Origin: Rebecca billardiae RCC1528
Taxonomy: Eukaryota > Protista > Haptophyta
Direction of reading: 5' to 3'
Assembly: GCA_965240325.2 (NCBI GenBank)
Contig: OZ251234.1
Coordinates: forward strand, 1,426,001-1,490,000
Length of the DNA stretch: 64,000 bases
Within the stretch, counting starts at the first letter, position 1. Each line of letters opens with the position of its first letter. Positions 42,843-53,506 of this stretch are shown here, piece after piece. Below the pieces are notes generated by a model. That model worked only from the letters and a program-made list of their open reading frames with translations, searched no databases and was not told the DNA's origin. The translations under genes and the position numbers were made by a program.

Positions 42843-44978
42843 ATGAGAGCCATGGCTGTGCGCGCGACCTGGCTTTGCGCCCTCGCCGTCGCGGCCTGCG
42901 ACGGCGCGAGCGCCTCGCGTCTCGTCTCGTCGCGCGTGCCCATCGCGCGGGCCGCGCCTGCTCGCCGCAGCGCCGTCCGCGCGTGCGACGCTCCGGGCCC
43001 GCACGACGCGATCGCGCACGCGGGCGGCGACCTCAACCTGCTCGCGACGCTTCTCACGGACGCGATCGAGTGCGAGGACTTCGTCACCGCCGCGGCGGTG
43101 CGCGACGAGATCCGGCGGTGCGCGGGGAAGGGCGACGACGCGTCCACGCTGCAGGGCTGGTCCGCGCTCGGCGCGCCCGAGTGGCTCGCCGCGCGCGCCG
43201 AGCGCCTGGGCTTCCACGTGCCGACGCCGGTGCAGCGCCAGGCCTTCCAGGCGCTCGGCGGCACGGACGCGGTGATCCGCTCGCAGACGGGCTCGGGGAA
43301 GACGCTCGCGTACCTCATGCCCATGCTCGCCGCCCTCTCCGACGGGCTGCTCGAGGAGGACGTCGCCAACTACCTGCGCACGCACCTCGAGCGCAGCGGG
43401 CTCCCCTCGCCCGGCCGCGCCGAGAGCGCGCGCGCGCTCGGCGACCGCGAGCGCGCGACGGGCGCGCCGCTCGCGGTGATCGTCGTGGCGACGCGCGAGC
43501 TGGGCGTGCAGGTCGCGCTCCTCGCGTACCAGCTCTGCGGCGGCAACCGCAACCCGCAGCTCCAGCCGTACGCCCACCCGAAGCGCTTCGAGCCGGGCGC
43601 GCGCACCAACATGTTCAAGTACTCCGGGCCGCGGCACGTGCGCATCGCAGGCTGCTGGGATGACGAGAGCCTGAACGCGTCGATGCCGGTGGCGGACTAC
43701 GGGCTGGACGCGCTCAAGGACGCGCACGTCGTCGTCGGCACGCCCGCGTGCCTCGCCGCCGTCGCGCGCCGCGGGCACGTCGCGCTCTCGAACGCGCGCT
43801 TTGTGGTCGTGGACGAGGCGGACGCGTGCATGCGCGTGCCGCGCGCGGCCGCCGGGCTCGCCGCCGAGCTGCCCGCCGCGCCGGCGGCCGCGCCGCCGAG
43901 CGCGGAGGGCGTGGCGCTGGACGACATCTTCGGCGCGCACGCGCCGCTGCCGCCGCGCTCCCTCGGCTACGACTGGGAGCGGCTGCCGCAGCGCCGCGTG
44001 CTCGTCGGCGCCTCGATCGACTCGGCGCAGGTCGAGCGCGCGGCCGCGCAGGGCTGGCTGGGCCCTTCGCCAGCGCTCGTCGTGGAGGGCGGCGAGGTCG
44101 CGCCGTCGGCGCGCACGTTCCCGAGCGCGCAGACGGTGCCGTCGCACCTGCGCCACGCGTACGTCGAGGTCGAGCCGGAGAAGGCGCTCGGCGCGCTCGT
44201 CCGGCTCGTGCGCAAGGCCCTGCTCGACTACGAGGGGCAGACCGAGGGGCAGACTGGCGCACGCGAGGCAGCGGCGGCGAGCGGCGGCGGCGGCCGCGCG
44301 CTGCAGCGGCCGCGCATGATCGTCTTCTGCCGCGACGGCGAGACGGCGGTGCGCATCGCCGCGCCGCTGCAGTCGACGCTCTGGTCCGGCCTCGGCGGCG
44401 ACATCGACGCCGGCCTCTGCGGCCTCTCCGTGCTGCTGCCCTCCGCGGAGGACGCCGTGTCCGCGGGGCGCGACAACTCGACGGTGCACGTGCAGGAGTC
44501 GTCGCTGCGCATCCTCGAGATGTTCTCGGTGGGCCAGACGAACCTCCTCGTCACGACGGTGGGCGCGACGCGCGGGCTGGACTTTGCGAACGTGACGCAC
44601 GTCTTCAACCTCGGCGTCGTCGGGCAGGAGGCCGACTACGTCCACCGCGCCGGCCGCGCCGGCCGCATCGGCCACCGCACGCGTGGGGTCGTCACGTCCG
44701 TCGTCGACGCGCGCGGCGCCGCAGAGCTGGTCGCGCTCGGCGACGCCCTCGGCTTCACGCCGGAGCGGGAGGAGGTGCCGCTGGGCGAGGAGTACGTCGG
44801 CGTGAGCGAAGGGCAGGGCGGCACGGACGAGCAGGTGCGCTACCTCGAGGACCTGCTCCAACTGTACAGCGGCGTCGATGCGGCCGACAGCCTGGCTGCG
44901 GCCGAGGTCGCGCGCGACGACCGCGACGCCGACGCATCGGGGCCGGCCGCCGATGATGGCGGTGAGCAGGATCACTAA
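42843..44978 (+). CDS. DEAD-box RNA helicase with bipartite (plastid-like) targeting sequence and UVR-like motif
   Basis: GFHVPTPVQ, SQTGSGKT, ATREL, GTP, DEAD, RGLD, HRAGRAGR; AIECEDFVTAAAVRDEI; signal peptide followed by an Arg/Ser/Ala-rich transit-like segment. Confidence 0.9.
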   Translation: MRAMAVRATWLCALAVAACDGASASRLVSSRVPIARAAPARRSAVRACDAPGPHDAIAHAGGDLNLLATLLTDAIECEDFVTAAAVRDEIRRCAGKGDDASTLQGWSALGAPEWLAARAERLGFHVPTPVQRQAFQALGGTDAVIRSQTGSGKTLAYLMPMLAALSDGLLEEDVANYLRTHLERSGLPSPGRAESARALGDRERATGAPLAVIVVATRELGVQVALLAYQLCGGNRNPQLQPYAHPKRFEPGARTNMFKYSGPRHVRIAGCWDDESLNASMPVADYGLDALKDAHVVVGTPACLAAVARRGHVALSNARFVVVDEADACMRVPRAAAGLAAELPAAPAAAPPSAEGVALDDIFGAHAPLPPRSLGYDWERLPQRRVLVGASIDSAQVERAAAQGWLGPSPALVVEGGEVAPSARTFPSAQTVPSHLRHAYVEVEPEKALGALVRLVRKALLDYEGQTEGQTGAREAAAASGGGGRALQRPRMIVFCRDGETAVRIAAPLQSTLWSGLGGDIDAGLCGLSVLLPSAEDAVSAGRDNSTVHVQESSLRILEMFSVGQTNLLVTTVGATRGLDFANVTHVFNLGVVGQEADYVHRAGRAGRIGHRTRGVVTSVVDARGAAELVALGDALGFTPEREEVPLGEEYVGVSEGQGGTDEQVRYLEDLLQLYSGVDAADSLAAAEVARDDRDADASGPAADDGGEQDH

Positions 44979-45710
44979 CTGGCGGTGTGATCGCTCTGGT
45001 CCGGGGGTGTCTCGCGTCATGCGGGCCGCCGCCATGGGCGCGCGAGGGATGCATCTGTCAGTGCATAATGCGTGACCCCTGACTTCCGCGAAGGTTACAG
45101 CATGCGCGTTGCACGCGATTGACAATGACACCGTATATACTGCGTAGTCGTAGACTGACACTGAATCATCACACTTACTGGCTTAGATCTCAAAGTAATT
45201 CTGCTGATGACGCGAGATTCATTCAGAATCATCCTCGTTACCAGATCATCATCAAGCCGTCGAGATCACTATCACGCGAGCTCGGGCGCGCCGCTCGCCT
45301 TAGGCCTCGTCGAAGCGCACGTCGATACGCTCGTAGTGCACATGCGCTACGTGGCCCTGAGCGTCACCGACGCGTTCAAGGTCGAGCTGCTCGCGGCCGC
45401 CTACTTCAACCTGAACGCAGCGGTGCAGACCAGTCGCGCGGCCTTGAACACATCCCAAACGACGAACGTCGGCCGCCAGTCGTCGGCCGGGAGATGCTGA
45501 GTCCGGCGAGGGCAATACGCCCGGATCAGTGCCCTGGGATCGGGGATTCGGGGCGCATTTCGCCACAATCATCAATCATTCGCCGAAGCGCGCCCAGCTT
45601 TATTATTCGGCGAATCGCTTGTGCATGTCCAGCATCCCTGGGCTCCCAAGGGGGGAGTCGCGGCCAGCGCGCGACGCCGCACGTCTGCGTCATTTGGGAC
45701 ACGTCCTTTC

Positions 45711-46976
45711 ATGGAGTGCTACCCCCTCCCGATGCTCTTGGTAGTGATCCTCCTGCTTGGCCTGCAGGCAAGCAGAACGTTGCTACCGGCCCACTTTGAA
45801 CGCAAACGGCACGACGCCATCCAGGCGGGTGGCGTCGCGCCGAGAGGACACTTGCCGGCGACCATGCAGTGGGACCCTACCGAGCTGAGCGACAATTGGT
45901 GGCTTCCAGTGCTGCCACCGCGAGGTTTGTCCTCTGCACGCACCTGTGCAGCACTCCCCGCCGATGCACCCGTCATCTTCCTCATCCCCCCATACACCGG
46001 TCAAACCAACAATCGCTTGATTGAAAGGACGCATGCCCTCGCAACGCTCGTCGGCCTCCAAACCCCTTCGGCTCTGGTGGTGAGCAGACGGCAGATGATC
46101 ACGTTCGCATCGCACTTTGACATGGACAAGGCTGTTCGCAGCTGGGCATGTCAGATCACGCCGGAGGAGGTAGGCAACAGAAGTGGGCCAACGTATGCTG
46201 CTGCAGGCAAGAGTTTCTTCTACTCGGGCTGGGGTCAGCCGACGTTCTGGCAGTTCCACGGCACCGTGTTGGCGCAGATGCTACTCAGACCTGTGCAGGT
46301 GCTCCGAGATGTGGTTGAGCAATTCAGGAGCAGGCATGGGCTGGACGAGACTGGCTATGTGTCCATCCACCTCCGCTGGCTCAAGGGCGCCAACATGACA
46401 TGCCTGGGGCACCAGAGGAGGATCTTTGCAGGGCTTGTGGACATCAAGCTACCATCTGGACGTGGGACCGAAGCTACAGATATCTGCAACATGACTGCAG
46501 AGTATGTGGGCGCGTGGCTCGAGGTGTTTGGTGTGAACGCAAACAACGTCCCACTGGTGGTGGCCAGCGACAAAGAGGAGACACATAGACTTGAGGTGCT
46601 CAGAGCTGCCTTCCCCAGGGTCATCCTTGCTTCGGAGGCATACAGCCCTCTAGCAGCGGGCAGTCATCCTGCTGGCTCGGCAGCCCACAACAGCGGCATC
46701 CATGGATCCAACCCTTCTGCACTGCTCAAGCCGAAAGCCCAGGTGTTGGTGGACATGCTACTGATGCTCAACGGCACTTACTTTCTTGGCAACCCAGCTT
46801 CAACCATGGCTGTCAACATCGCAGCAGCTCGCGAGCAGCTCTTGTGGCAACGGCCTTCAGCTGAGCAGCTTCCACCACTGCACAACATTGTACCCCGTCT
46901 AACTACGTCGCCTGCCGGGGCCAAGGATCTTGCTCTCAGCCCATACTCATTACCGCGCGGACCAGCGGCGGACTAG
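45711..46976 (+). CDS. O-fucosyltransferase-like (GT-B) secreted protein, intronless, lower GC
   Basis: Signal/anchor MLLVVILLLGLQA, GQTNNRLIE, YVSIHLRW, LVVASD, VDMLLMLNGTYFLGNPASTMAVNI. Confidence 0.72.
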   Translation: MECYPLPMLLVVILLLGLQASRTLLPAHFERKRHDAIQAGGVAPRGHLPATMQWDPTELSDNWWLPVLPPRGLSSARTCAALPADAPVIFLIPPYTGQTNNRLIERTHALATLVGLQTPSALVVSRRQMITFASHFDMDKAVRSWACQITPEEVGNRSGPTYAAAGKSFFYSGWGQPTFWQFHGTVLAQMLLRPVQVLRDVVEQFRSRHGLDETGYVSIHLRWLKGANMTCLGHQRRIFAGLVDIKLPSGRGTEATDICNMTAEYVGAWLEVFGVNANNVPLVVASDKEETHRLEVLRAAFPRVILASEAYSPLAAGSHPAGSAAHNSGIHGSNPSALLKPKAQVLVDMLLMLNGTYFLGNPASTMAVNIAAAREQLLWQRPSAEQLPPLHNIVPRLTTSPAGAKDLALSPYSLPRGPAAD

Positions 46977-47498
46977 GCACGCAGCTGGCGGCAGCACTCC
47001 AGGCGGCGTCCATGCAGGCGGCCTCACTCCTCGGCCGCTCCAGGCCGGGCAGTAGCACTGCTGCACTGTCAGCAGTGATGATGTTTGCAGCAGCACGACT
47101 ATCGGCTCATTAGGCCATATATAATGCGCTGCACTAATCGCAACATTATATTGTAGTAGCTTCGCATTATCATTAACAATGATTAATAATATTATATTAT
47201 AGTTGTACATAATATTAATAGCTATAGGGATTGCTCATCCGACTCTCGCTTGTAGTCTGATGGCGCCTACTGATAATACGTGGCCCGCGATGAGGATTGC
47301 TCCAGCAGCAGGCAACATATTCTGAGGCAGCGACTAGGCGGTGATGATGCGTGTGCACGACAATGTGAGTCGACAACCGCCGGTGAAACGCGGGACGAGA
47401 GGTCTCAGGTGGCGGGCGCGCCTGCTGATCGAGGACCGGGTGGACGTGCACGCAACGAGAGCTGCTGCGCCATGGGCGGCATCTTGAACTGAGTGCGC

Positions 47499-49360
47499 TC
47501 AGATGGCGACCGGCACGATGCGGCGCTTCTTGGTCGGCGCCGCGGCCGCGGGCGGTGCGGCCGCCATCGCCGTCGTGCGCTGCGCCGGTTTCGCGTTTGC
47601 GCCATCGGCGGCAGGCGCCTCGTGCGCCGGCGGGTGCTCGGCCGGCCCCACGGGCGCGGGCGGGGGCGGCGCAGCGACCATCGTCTTGGGCATCGCGACC
47701 GGCGGCTCGGCCGCGGCCGCGGGAGCCGCGACTGCCGGCGGCTCGGCCTCGCGCCGCCCTGCCTCCAAGCGCGCGGCCGCGGCCGGCGCGCGCTCCGCCG
47801 CCTCGCGCGGCGGAGCGGGCCGCATCGAGGGCGGCAGCTCGGCGTCGGGCAGCGGCTCGCCGAGCTCGCCGCGTGTGAGGCGGATGATCGTGGCGTACCC
47901 GTCCTGCGAGGTCGCGACGAGCACCCGCCCGTCCTTGGACCACGCCGCGTCGGTGAGCGGCGCGTAGTGGCTCCCCTGCACAACGCACAGGGGCGCGCGC
48001 AGCTCGCTGTCGTAGAGGATGATCGAGTCGAGGCTGAGCACCGCCCACACGACGCGGTACGGGAGCGGCAGCCATGGCGTGGGGGCGGGCGCGGAGGCGG
48101 GCGCGGGCGTGCCGCCGTCGCCCTCCGCCGCCGCCGCCGCCGAGCGCAGCTTGAACAGCCGCGGGCAGCAGCGCACGGCGATGATCGGCTTGGCCGCACC
48201 AGGCAGGTGTGCGCACGGCGCGTCGAGCGCGCCGCGCGCGTACACGTACGCTGTGTGCTTGCGCGCGCGCGCGGCGTCGGCCTTGGCGTCGGCGCGCGGC
48301 GCCTTGGGCGCGGCGTCCGGCTCGTCGTACTGCCCGCACGGCACGACGACGAAGCTGCCGTCCGGCGACCAGTCCGGGCGGCGGCAGAAAGTGGGCACCG
48401 AGTCGTGCGCAAACAGGTGCGCGCTGCCGGCGGGCGGCGGCGGCGGCTTGGGCGGCCCGGCGGCGGCGGATGGCTCGGCGGGCTCGGGGGCGAGGACGCG
48501 CTTGCCCATCACCGCGGAGCACACCCACTCGCGCCCGCGCGCCGCCGCGCCGCCCTTGCTCCCCTTCTTGGACTTGGCCCCGCCCTGGACGTACAGTCGA
48601 CACGTTCGGTCGCTGGAGACGGTGAGGAGCGCGCCGCCCGCCGGCTCCCACGCGACGCCCTGCACGTAGTGGGTGTGCTCGGTGAGCGCGCGCAGCTCCT
48701 TCGCCTGCTCCGCGTCCCACACGATCACGCGGTTGTCCACCGAGCCCGACGCCAGACCCCTCCCGTCGGGCGTCCACGCCAGGTCGCACACGTCCATCAG
48801 GTGCCCGCGCAGCATGCGGTGCACGCCCCACGACGCGTCGTCGGAGCCGTGCTTGCGGCGCCAGATGATGATCATGCGGTCGTCACTGCCGGATGCAAGG
48901 TGCTCGCCTGGGCGCGAGCGCGCGCGCGCGCACGCAGCGCGCAAGTCACGCGTGTGTATGGCGCGCGCCGCTTCACGCACGCGAGCGCTTGGCGCGCACC
49001 ACTCGGCGAGTAGCGCACGACGTTCACAGGGCCTGCGTGGTGCGCGAGGCTCTGAACGTGGACGATGCCGCCACTCTCCTGCTGCGCTCCGTCATCCATC
49101 GCGCACTCCTCGAGGCGGATGCGCCAGAGCTGTCGTCGGGCGCGCGCGCGCGCGCGAGCGTGCACACGGTCAGCAATCCAGGCGCTGGGCGCACGCCAGC
49201 GGCTCGAGCGCGCGGGGAGGCGGGACGCGCAGCGGCGCACCCGAATCTCGTGGTCCGAGCCCCCCGTCGCGAGCAGACCCGACGGCCCAAAGTCCACCGA
49301 CATGATCGCGCTCCGCTCATCGTGCCACGCGACCTGGGGCACGCTCACGAGCGCCGACAT
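47499..49360 (-). CDS. CHAF1B: Chromatin assembly factor 1 subunit B (p60/Cac2), WD40; 2 introns near the 5' end
   Basis: PQVAWHD..IMSVDF..LATGGSD, LAHHAGPVNVVRYSPSG, LRGHLMDVCDLAW, HTHYVQGVAWEP, LF..FCRRPDWSPDG, LPYRVVWAV, HYAPLTDAAWS, C-terminal Asf1-binding KKRRIVP. Confidence 0.92.
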
Positions 49361-49917
49361 GGCGGGTGGCGCCGAGGATGACCGTTGGTCAAAAAGTATG
49401 CGTACGATATCGATCGGCACAGGCGTGCTGCGCACAGCGCCGATCGATTTGGAGATTTGAGGTTGGGCGCCGCTCGCCGAGGCCGGCGGCGGCGGCGGCG
49501 CCCTCTCGACGGAAATTCACAATTGGTCGCGCCCGCGAATTGATGCAAGAGCCCGACCGAGCCACAGAGCCAGAGGGACGCGAGCAAGGATAGACAGGCC
49601 AGCTATCTGACGGACGCCACTGACTGAATTGATGCCATTGAGAGGGTCACCGTCACGATGACCCTGGCGGTGAGAGGCTGAGAGTGAGGCCGGCACGCAT
49701 GCGCGCCCATGCTTCCACTTCGAGCTGCACTCTGTCTGCAGTGCCGCCAGGACCAGCCTGTGACATGATGACAGTCCAACGGCGGGCCGCTGAAACGTGA
49801 AAGTGAAGCGCTTGAATTCGGCGCTCACGGGTCGAGTCGCGAGCGCACCTCGGCGCATGGGATGGGTGCCAACGCGCGCGCCCCGGCTGGGCAGCCGGTC
49901 TGCCGACGACGCCGTGA

Positions 49918-51960
49918 TCACAGCGCGGCGCGCGCGGGTGTGGCCGCGTCGACGGCGGAGTTGATGAGGCCGTGCGCGCGCGCACACAGCACGGCCGCGG
50001 AGCTCACCGGGAGCCCGGGGCGGGTGGGGCGTCGGGGGTGCGGGAGGTTGTTGTGCACGTCGGCGAGGATGCTGAGAGGCGCGCCCTCGCCGTCGAGCAC
50101 GACGATGCTCGCGCGCTGCTGCGCCGCCCCGAGCCGCGCCACGACGCGCTCGGCCAGCCCGAGCGGCTGGACGCGCAGCGGCGCGAGCGCGGCGCCCCGC
50201 GTGCGCCGCTCGGCCGCCTGCTCCATGATCACGTCGCGCAGCCGGACTCGGGTCTCGGCGGGGCGCGGTCCGGGGCGTGCGGCGAGCATCGTGCGTAGCC
50301 GCTCGAGCTCGAAGCGCGAGAGCACCACCTCGTGGCACCCCGCGGCGCCGAGATACGGGCACTGCCCCGCCGGGCTCGGCAGGCGCGAGCTGTCGCCCGG
50401 AACGCGCTCGGTCTTGCACGCGGAGCCGGGCAGCACGATTCGCCTGTTGTCCGCCTTGATGAAGCGCGGCTGCGCGTAGCAGGGGAGCGGCGGCACCGCC
50501 GGCCGCCGGCCCGCGAGGGTGGCGAGGTGCACGAGCGGGCCGACCAGCGCGCCCTCCACGAAGCTGCCGTTGCGCGCGGTGTGCAGCGCGCTCAGGTCGA
50601 AGTTGGCCAGTGTGAGGGCGAGGGTGCGCGCCGAGATGCGCGCGTGGCCGAGCGCGCCCGCGGCGCCGTCGGCGCGCACGTCCCACGAGCCTATCGTCTG
50701 CATCACCACCGGGCGCAGGTGCTTGACGGAGGACATCGCCGCGAGGTGCACCATCACGGCGACCACGGGCGGGCGCGGCGCCCCGCCCGCCGGCGCGCCC
50801 GCGCCCGCGCGGTGCGCGCGCGCGCCCGCGCGCAGCGCGCAGGACGGCGCCTGGCACACGTTCACCAGCTGGTTGTACGAAGGCAGGTGGGCGAAGAGGT
50901 TGGGCGGCGCGATGAGGAGCCATCCCGGCCGCGCGGCGCGGTCCGTGCCCAGCGGCCGGATCTGGATCTCGCGGCCCAGCCGGCTGAACATCCGCGTCCC
51001 GTCGCAGCCGTTGGACGGGCCGAAGACGGGCGGGCTCGCGCGCACGGCGCTCAGATCGAACGCGACAGGCTTCCACTTGGCCTGCAGTGCCGCGAGCTCC
51101 TTGTTGTACTCGCCCGCCATCGCGGCGCGGTCGGCCGCGGTCTGCCCGCTGTTCGACTTGGCGTACAGCCGCTTCACCGACGCGCCCCACTGCCGCGTGC
51201 CCAGCGCGGCCGAGGCGATGATGTCGTTGAGCGCCATCTGCTCGTTCTCGACCTTGTGCACGACGCGTGACGCGGACGGCACAATCTCTCGCACGGCGGC
51301 GAGCACGTGCGCGGGGGCCGCGGTGAAGGCCTGCAGCGTGCGGAAGAGCTCGTGCACGATCCAGCCCGCGGCCGTGCCGTTCCGCGCGCGCCGCACGTAC
51401 AGCACGCCCGCGTTCGCGAACGGCACGTCCTTCTGCACGATCACGTCGTACTTCAGCAGCGGCTCGGCGCTGAAGAAGGTGAACGGGTTGGCGAGCCAGA
51501 CGGTGTCCGTGTCGGTCTGGAGCACGCCGAGGCCCTCGTCCACGGCGAGGCGGTACACGATGTACTTGCGCGCGGTGAACATCGCCGAGCGGAAGTTGCG
51601 CGGGTGCCACGTGCCGCTCACGTGCGCGGGCTTCCACGACGTCGTCGCGCACGCGCCGTCCGGGACGACCGCGTAGAACTGAGCGCACACGGCGGGCGAC
51701 GTGCCGTGCACCAGCGTGAACTCGACGCCCAACGCGCGCAGCTGGAGCGTCGTGTGCACCGCGTCCGTCAGCCCGTGCTCGTTCGTCGTCAGGAGCACGA
51801 CCTCGCGCTCCACAGCCCACGCCAGCAGCGCGCGCCACACCTCGGGCTGCTCGAGGTCGCCGCCGCCAAAGAGCGGGCGGGCGCGCGCGCACGGCAGCAG
51901 GGCCGCGCCGAGCGCGGCGAGCAGCCCGAGGGCGCCTAACCTGCGCGGCGGTGATGCCAT
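49918..51960 (-). CDS. Nucleotide-diphospho-sugar transferase (GT77-like), signal peptide, intronless
   Basis: RKYIVYRL..GLGVLQTDTDTVWLANPF, DVIVQKD, NAGVLYVR, NEQMALND. Confidence 0.8.
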   Translation of the reverse strand: MASPPRRLGALGLLAALGAALLPCARARPLFGGGDLEQPEVWRALLAWAVEREVVLLTTNEHGLTDAVHTTLQLRALGVEFTLVHGTSPAVCAQFYAVVPDGACATTSWKPAHVSGTWHPRNFRSAMFTARKYIVYRLAVDEGLGVLQTDTDTVWLANPFTFFSAEPLLKYDVIVQKDVPFANAGVLYVRRARNGTAAGWIVHELFRTLQAFTAAPAHVLAAVREIVPSASRVVHKVENEQMALNDIIASAALGTRQWGASVKRLYAKSNSGQTAADRAAMAGEYNKELAALQAKWKPVAFDLSAVRASPPVFGPSNGCDGTRMFSRLGREIQIRPLGTDRAARPGWLLIAPPNLFAHLPSYNQLVNVCQAPSCALRAGARAHRAGAGAPAGGAPRPPVVAVMVHLAAMSSVKHLRPVVMQTIGSWDVRADGAAGALGHARISARTLALTLANFDLSALHTARNGSFVEGALVGPLVHLATLAGRRPAVPPLPCYAQPRFIKADNRRIVLPGSACKTERVPGDSSRLPSPAGQCPYLGAAGCHEVVLSRFELERLRTMLAARPGPRPAETRVRLRDVIMEQAAERRTRGAALAPLRVQPLGLAERVVARLGAAQQRASIVVLDGEGAPLSILADVHNNLPHPRRPTRPGLPVSSAAVLCARAHGLINSAVDAATPARAAL

Positions 51961-52159
51961 CGGCTCGGGACCGCCCGTCCCCTGCCGGCGCGCGTATGCG
52001 CCTTGGAACCGATGCTTTTGTTCAGCCCTCCGTGCGACCGCCGCCATGCGGATCCACAGGGCGCGCTCGGCCCGCGGCCCGACGTCCGCCCCGGCTGGCG
52101 GAGGCGGCGGTAGCCGGTCGTGACGCCTCCTCCCGCGCCGCACCGTCTTGCCCTCCAGG

Positions 52160-53224
52160 ATGACACGGCCGCTCCGTCGCGAGACCGAGCTCACCGCGAT
52201 GCCAGGCAGTGGGAGCACCTCCAGTGACGAGGCGGAGTCCGCCATGGAGTTCTCCGTGGCCGCTCGGCGCCGCGAGCGCGCGCGGCGGCGCACGGGCAAG
52301 TGTTGCGTCTGCACGGGCGTCAGCATCGTCATCGTCATCATCGTTGGCATGATCCTGGACGCGAACGAGCCGGACACCGTCGATTGCGCGAGCCTGCCCA
52401 ACACCCTCACGCATAACGGCGTGCAGCGCTGCTGGCTACAGTACGTGCCGCCGTCAAGCGCCAACCGGCCGCGTCCGCTGCTGCTCGACCTTCACGGCTA
52501 CACGGCGACGGCGGGGGCGCAGCGGGCCCACGACGGATGGGCGCAGCTCGCCGAGTCGGAGAAGCTGATCGTAGCGTGGCCGAACGGCCTCCACCGCTCG
52601 TGGAACGCCGGCGGCCTGTGCTGCGGCATCGCGGCGCGCCACGGCGTCGACGACGTCGGCTTCCTGCGTGCGCTGGTGGCGCGGCTGCGCGCGCTGCACA
52701 ACGTCGACTCCGAGCGCATCTACGTGACCGGGCACTCGAACGGGTGCATGATGGCGCAGCGCTTCGCGCGCGAGGCCAGCGAGACCGTCGCCGCCGTCGG
52801 CTGCATGTCAGGCTACTTGCACGCGCACGCGCCCGCAGCCAGCGCGCCGCGGCTGCGCATGCCCGCCCTCGAGGTGCACTGCGCCAACGACCGCCAAGTG
52901 AAGTACGACCCGGGGGCGCACGAGAACCTCGAGCGCTGGGCGGCGTGGAACGGGTGTGCCGGGCAGGCGGAGGTGGTGTGGCGCAACGCTTCGAGCACGC
53001 TCGAGGCGCACACCGCGTGCGACGGCGGCAGCGAGGCGCGGCTGCTCACGCTGCGCGGCTGCGGCCACTGGCCGTACCAGCCGACACGGCGCCACGAGCC
53101 TTCGGATGCGCGTCTGGCGGAGGATGCGGTGCGGATCGCGTGGGACTTCATGCGCCGGTTCAGGCGCCGCGCGCCGCAGGACGCAGGGTCGGCGCGCCGA
53201 CGGCGAACAGCGTCGGCGCGATGA
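52160..53224 (+). CDS. LpqC/PHB-depolymerase-family alpha/beta hydrolase with type II membrane anchor
   Basis: LLLDLHGY, WPNG..SWNAG..CCG, VDDVGFL, IYVTGHSNGCMMA, catalytic Asp/His candidates (ND, GHWP). Confidence 0.88.
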   Translation: MTRPLRRETELTAMPGSGSTSSDEAESAMEFSVAARRRERARRRTGKCCVCTGVSIVIVIIVGMILDANEPDTVDCASLPNTLTHNGVQRCWLQYVPPSSANRPRPLLLDLHGYTATAGAQRAHDGWAQLAESEKLIVAWPNGLHRSWNAGGLCCGIAARHGVDDVGFLRALVARLRALHNVDSERIYVTGHSNGCMMAQRFAREASETVAAVGCMSGYLHAHAPAASAPRLRMPALEVHCANDRQVKYDPGAHENLERWAAWNGCAGQAEVVWRNASSTLEAHTACDGGSEARLLTLRGCGHWPYQPTRRHEPSDARLAEDAVRIAWDFMRRFRRRAPQDAGSARRRRTASAR

Positions 53225-53506
53225 CCCCGGCGATTCTGACACTCACACCGGCGACTCAGCAGTGCCAGGCGCAGGTGGCCACCCTGGCCCTGCTCGCCGG
53301 CACGCAGCGGGAGCGCTGCACTCGCACAGGCGGTCGTGATTTTCTGGCCGCTGAAAATCGGAATGGAAAATCCTGACGTACGTTACACCTGATGAAAAAG
53401 ACCGGCGCGGCCGCCATCCCATATTTTCTGTTTCGCGGCCAGTCGCCGCGCCGCACGTCGTGGCCGTCAACCCGACAGACGCGCGGCCTCGCACGGCGCC
53501 CTCGCG

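Noticed and set aside
45207-45500. 97-aa ORF with a coding-like middle segment
   Set aside because: Too short and has no motif; may be a gene or TE fragment.
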